From a virus (lineage: Duplodnaviria; Heunggongvirae; Uroviricota; Caudoviricetes), in IMG/VR virus record IMGVR_UViG_2703718840_000001, positions 1-10,940 of that record: a stretch of 10,940 nucleotides of DNA. The stretch is one strand, 5' to 3'. The position numbers were made by a program, and so were the translations under genes. Of the stretch, positions 7,348 to 10,940 are shown one piece after another; the stretch's first letter is position 1, and each line of letters starts with the position of its first letter. The notes under the pieces are model-generated. The model ran no database searches, was not told the DNA's origin, and worked only from the letters and a program-made list of their open reading frames with translations.

Positions 7348-7499
7348 CGTTTCCGAAAAATCTCTCGGTCGATGATCTGATGGCGGATGTGGCAGTGATA
7401 TTTCACTGGCCGCCATCAGAACTGTATCCCATGAGCCTGACCGAACTCATCACATGGCGCGAAAAGGCGCTCCGGCGAAGCGGAAACACGAATGAGTAA
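7072..7499 (+). CDS. E+E': Tail assembly chaperone E+E' produced by programmed -1 ribosomal frameshift (joined 7072-7325 / 7326-7499)
   Basis: After a -1 slip on T-TTT-TTG (7320-7326) the new frame reads VAELGAVTFPKNLSVDDLMADVAVIFHWPPSELYPMSLTELITWREKALRRSGNTNE and stops at TAA 7497-7499, overlapping the ATG of T (7492). This matches the known P2 E/E' arrangement. Confidence 0.8.
7320..7326 (+). other. Slippery heptamer T-TTT-TTG, -1 programmed frameshift site for E+E'
   Basis: The heptamer is in the zero frame of E (codons GGT-TTT-TTG), 7 codons before the E stop. The -1 frame is open for 58 further codons to the start of T. Confidence 0.8.
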
Positions 7500-9939
7500 C
7501 AATGTAAAATTACAGGTATTGCTCAGGGCTGTTGACCAGGCATCCCGCCCGTTTAAATCCATCCGCACAGCGAGCAAGTCGCTGTCGGGGGATATCCGGG
7601 AAACACAAAAATCACTGCGCGAGCTGAACGGTCAGGCATCCCGTATTGAGGGGTTCCGCAAGACCAGTGCACAGCTCGCCGTGACTGGTCAGGAACTGAA
7701 AAAAGCCAGACAGGAAGCCGCAGCACTGGCTGTCCAGTTTAAAAATACTGAACGACCAACAAATGCACAGGCAAAGGCAATGGAAGCCGCGCGTAAAAAT
7801 GTGTCGGAGTTACAGGCGAAATATAACAGCCTGAGATTGTCGGTACAGCGCCAGCGTCAGGAACTGAGTCAGGCGGGTATTAATACCCGTAATCTGGCGC
7901 ATGATGAACGAGGGCTGAAAAACCGTATCAGTGAAACCACCGTACAGCTTAACCGGCAGCGTGACGCGCTGGCGCGTGTCAGTGCGCAACAGGCAAAACT
8001 TAACGCAGTAAAACAGCGTTATCAGGCCGGAAAGGAACTGGCCGGTAATATGGCCTCAGTGGGCGCTGCCGGTGTGGGGATTGCTGCTGCGGGAACGATG
8101 GTCGGAGTTAAGCTGCTGATGCCCGGTTATGAGTTTGCGCAGAAAAACTCAGAATTGCAGGCCGTGCTAGGAGTGGCAAAAGACTCCGCCGAAATGACCG
8201 CACTCCGCAAGCAGGCGCGCCAGCTCGGCGACAATACCGCAGCCTCGGCAGATGATGCAGCCGGTGCACAGATTATCATTGCGAAAGCGGGTGGAGATGC
8301 TGCGGCTATTCAGGCGACAACGCCGGTCACGCTGAATATGGCACTGGCGAATCAGCGGTCGATGGAAGAAAACGCGCAACTGTTGCTGGGGACTAAGGCA
8401 TCCTTTCAACTGTCAAATGATGATGTCAGCCATGTGGGCGACGTGTTGTCGGCAACGATGAATAAGTCGGCGGCTGATTTTCAGGGACTCAGTGATGCAC
8501 TGACTTACCTCGGGCCGGTTGCGAGGACTGCAGGTGTAAGTCTTGAGCAGGCAGCAGCCATGACAGGTGTGCTGCATGACAATAACATCAGGGGGTCAAT
8601 GGCGGGGACGGGTAGCAGTGCCGTTGTCACCCGATTACAGGCACCGACTGGAAAAGCATGGGATGCACTCAAAGAGCTTGGCGTTAAAACCTCGGACAAA
8701 AAGGGAAATATGCGTCCGTTGTTCACCATTCTGAAAGAGATTCAGGCCAGCTTTGATAAACACAAGCTGGGAACGTCTCAGAAGGGGGAATACCTTAAAA
8801 CCATTTTTGGTGAGGAAGCCCTGAAATCAGCGAACGTTTTACTGGCAGCGGCAGCAAGCGGAAAACTGGATAAGCTGACCGCCACGCTGAAAGCCTCGGA
8901 CGGTAAAACGGAAGAGCTGGTTAAAATCATGCAGGATAACCTCGGCGGTGACTTTAAGGCGTTTCAGTCCGCTTATGAGGCGGTGGGGACAGACCTGTTT
9001 GACCAGCAGGAAGGCACACTGCGTAAGCTCACGCAGACGGCCACAAAGTATGTGTTAAAACTCGACGGCTGGATCCAGAAAAACAAATCACTGGCGTCAA
9101 CCATCGGCCTCATTGCCGGTGGCGCGCTGGCGCTGACTGGCATCATCGGTGCCATTGGTCTTGTAGCCTGGCCGGTTATCACCGGCATCAATGCCATTAT
9201 CGCGGCAGCAGGCGCAATGGGAGCAATCTTCACGACGGTTGGCAGTGCTGTTATGACGGCCATCGGGGCGATTAGCTGGCCGGTTGTGGCCGTGGTGGCC
9301 GCCATTGTCGCCGGGGCGTTGCTTATCCGTAAATACTGGGAGCCTGTCAGCGCATTCTTTGGCGGTGTGGTTGAAGGGCTGAAAGCGGCATTTGCGCCGG
9401 TGGGGGAACTGTTCACGCCACTTAAGCCGGTGTTTGACTGGCTGGGCGAAAAGTTACAGGCCGCGTGGCAGTGGTTTAAAAACCTGATTGCCCCGGTTAA
9501 AGCCACCCAGGACACCCTGAACCGTTGCCGTGACACGGGCGTCATGTTCGGGCAGGCACTGGCTGACGCGCTGATGCTGCCGCTTAATGCGTTCAACAAA
9601 CTGCGCAGCGGTATTGACTGGGTACTGGAAAAACTCGGCGTCATCAACAAAGAGTCTGACGCACTTGACCAGACCGCCGCCAGAACTCAAGCCGCCACGT
9701 ATGGCAGCGGTGGTTATATTCCGGCGACCAGCTCTTATGCAGGTTATCAGGCTTATCAGCCGGTCACGGCACCGGCTGGCCGCTCTTATGTGGACCAGAG
9801 TAAAAACGAATATCACATCAGCCTGACGGGTGGTACTGCGCCGGGGACACAGCTCGACCGCCAGTTACAGGATGCGCTCGAAAAATACGAGCGGGATAAA
9901 CGTGCGCGCGCCCGTGCCAGCATGATGCATGACGGTTAA
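7492..9939 (+). CDS. T: Tail tape measure protein (P2 gpT-like)
   Basis: 815-aa ORF with a coiled-coil-like, Q/R/A-rich N-terminal part and a Gly/Ala-rich hydrophobic segment (LIAGGALALTGIIGAIGLVAWPVITGINAIIAAAGAMGAI...) typical of tape measure proteins. The start overlaps the E' stop. The sequence is recognised as P2 gpT. Confidence 0.93.
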   Translation: MSNNVKLQVLLRAVDQASRPFKSIRTASKSLSGDIRETQKSLRELNGQASRIEGFRKTSAQLAVTGQELKKARQEAAALAVQFKNTERPTNAQAKAMEAARKNVSELQAKYNSLRLSVQRQRQELSQAGINTRNLAHDERGLKNRISETTVQLNRQRDALARVSAQQAKLNAVKQRYQAGKELAGNMASVGAAGVGIAAAGTMVGVKLLMPGYEFAQKNSELQAVLGVAKDSAEMTALRKQARQLGDNTAASADDAAGAQIIIAKAGGDAAAIQATTPVTLNMALANQRSMEENAQLLLGTKASFQLSNDDVSHVGDVLSATMNKSAADFQGLSDALTYLGPVARTAGVSLEQAAAMTGVLHDNNIRGSMAGTGSSAVVTRLQAPTGKAWDALKELGVKTSDKKGNMRPLFTILKEIQASFDKHKLGTSQKGEYLKTIFGEEALKSANVLLAAAASGKLDKLTATLKASDGKTEELVKIMQDNLGGDFKAFQSAYEAVGTDLFDQQEGTLRKLTQTATKYVLKLDGWIQKNKSLASTIGLIAGGALALTGIIGAIGLVAWPVITGINAIIAAAGAMGAIFTTVGSAVMTAIGAISWPVVAVVAAIVAGALLIRKYWEPVSAFFGGVVEGLKAAFAPVGELFTPLKPVFDWLGEKLQAAWQWFKNLIAPVKATQDTLNRCRDTGVMFGQALADALMLPLNAFNKLRSGIDWVLEKLGVINKESDALDQTAARTQAATYGSGGYIPATSSYAGYQAYQPVTAPAGRSYVDQSKNEYHISLTGGTAPGTQLDRQLQDALEKYERDKRARARASMMHDG

Positions 9940-9953
9940 GGAGGTGACGAAAA

Positions 9954-10433
9954 ATGATGCTCGCGTTAGGTATGTTTGTTTTTATGCGCCAGACGCTGCC
10001 ACACCAGACCATGCAGCGTGAATCAGATTATCGCTGGCCGTCAAATTCCCGTATCGGTAAACGGGATGCCTACCAGTTTCTCGGCGTTGGCGAGGAAAAC
10101 ATGACGCTGGCCGGTGTGCTTTATCCCGAACTGACCGGCGGCAAGCTGACGATGACCACGCTCAGGCTGATGGCAGAGGAAGGTCGGGCGTGGCCGTTGC
10201 TGGATGGCACCGGCATGATTTACGGCATGTATGTCATCAGCAGGGTGAGTGAAACAGGGAGTATTTTCTTTGCAGACGGCACACCCCGAAAAATTGATTT
10301 TACGCTGTCGCTCACCCGCGTTGACGAATCACTGGCCGCGCTTTATGGCGATATCGGTAAACAGGCGGAATCGCTCATCGGTAAGGCCGGCAGTCTGGCG
10401 ACCAGATTCACAGGTATGACGGGGGCGGGATAA
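9954..10433 (+). CDS. U: Tail protein U (P2 gpU-like)
   Basis: 159-aa ORF (MMLALGMFVFMRQTLPHQTMQRESDYRWPSNSRIGKRDAYQF...) with AAGGAGG at 9938-9944. It follows T as in P2, and its TAA stop overlaps the next ATG (TAATG at 10431-10435). Confidence 0.92.
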   Translation: MMLALGMFVFMRQTLPHQTMQRESDYRWPSNSRIGKRDAYQFLGVGEENMTLAGVLYPELTGGKLTMTTLRLMAEEGRAWPLLDGTGMIYGMYVISRVSETGSIFFADGTPRKIDFTLSLTRVDESLAALYGDIGKQAESLIGKAGSLATRFTGMTGAG

Positions 10434-10940
10434 TGCTGGATGCGCTGACATTTGATGCAGGCAGTACGCTGACGCCGGATTACATGCTGATGCTCGACAG
10501 CAGGGATATTACCGGCAATATCAGCGACCGTCTGATGAGCATGACTCTGACGGATAACCGGGGCTTTGAAGCTGACCAGCTTGATATTGAACTGAACGAT
10601 GCCGACGGGCAGGTCGGGCTGCCGGTTCGTGGCGCTGTCCTGACGGTGTATATCGGCTGGAAAGGTTTTGCCCTGGTATGCAAAGGGAAATTTACCGTTG
10701 ATGAGGTTGAACACCGGGGCGCGCCGGATGTGGTCACCATCCGCGCCCGGAGTGCAGATTTTCGCGGGACGCTCAATTCCCGCCGTGAAGGCTCCTGGCA
10801 TGACACCACGCTCGGTGCGATTGTTGAGGCGATAGCCTCCCGTAACAGGCTGGAAGCCAGTGTCGCTCCGTCACTGGCCGGAATTAAAATCCCGCACATC
10901 GACCAGTCGCAGGAGTCTGATGCGAAATTCCTGACCCGTC
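10433..10940 (+). CDS. D: Tail protein D (P2 gpD-like, late control / tail completion), 3' end lies beyond the window
   Basis: Not in the supplied ORF track because it has no stop in the window. The frame from ATG 10433 is open to the window end and translates to MLDALTFDAGSTLTPDYMLMLDSRDITGNISDRLMSMTLTDNRGFEADQLDIELNDADGQVGLPVRGAVLTVYIGWKG..., recognised as the N-terminus of P2 gpD. Confidence 0.88.
   Translation, partial: MLDALTFDAGSTLTPDYMLMLDSRDITGNISDRLMSMTLTDNRGFEADQLDIELNDADGQVGLPVRGAVLTVYIGWKGFALVCKGKFTVDEVEHRGAPDVVTIRARSADFRGTLNSRREGSWHDTTLGAIVEAIASRNRLEASVAPSLAGIKIPHIDQSQESDAKFLTR

Noticed and set aside
6654-7416. Overlapping ORFs within FII and E (6654-6911, 6671-6994, 6679-6924, 7027-7416, 7044-7406)
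   Set aside because: They are antisense or alternate-frame to FII and E/E'. The only genuine alternate-frame coding here is the E' extension reached by the -1 frameshift.
8167-10012. ORFs inside the tape measure gene (8167-8409, 8505-8729, 8973-9650, 9454-9816, 9587-9826, 9818-10012)
   Set aside because: They are antisense or out of frame relative to the 815-aa tape measure ORF, and their low-complexity translations are typical of antisense reading of Ala/Gly-rich coding DNA.
10343-10899. Minus-strand ORFs 10343-10801 and 10480-10899
   Set aside because: The + strand frame from ATG 10433 is open to the window end and encodes the recognisable N-terminus of tail protein D. The minus-strand ORFs are its antisense shadow.

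Overview
This window is the late tail-morphogenesis cluster of a P2-like (Peduovirus-type) temperate phage or prophage from an enterobacterial host, with every gene on the + strand in the canonical P2 order: J (5'-truncated by the window edge) - I - H - G - [accessory insert] - FI - FII - E/E+E' - T - U - D (3'-truncated). Identifications rest on recognising the translated proteins as close relatives of the phage P2 late proteins, plus tight operon architecture (overlapping stop/start codons, Shine-Dalgarno sites). No search could be run, so family calls are from memory. The one region not explained by the conserved tail module is a visibly AT-rich ~1.1 kb insert between the tail-fibre assembly gene G and the sheath gene FI (4150-5293), the position of the P2 Z/fun accessory slot. 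It carries a single 197-aa ORF (4371-4964) encoding a predicted N-terminally membrane-anchored protein I cannot assign to any family, followed by a ~330 bp non-coding spacer with a hairpin/T-tract and inverted repeats. This is the best candidate for an undescribed phage-encoded accessory function, possibly defence or superinfection exclusion. Other notable points are a 132-bp in-frame tandem repeat array in tail-fibre gene H, an AT-rich mosaic block spanning the distal part of H and the proximal part of G, and the -1 frameshift site T-TTT-TTG that produces E+E'. No tRNA, rRNA, CRISPR array, integrase or transposase was seen.
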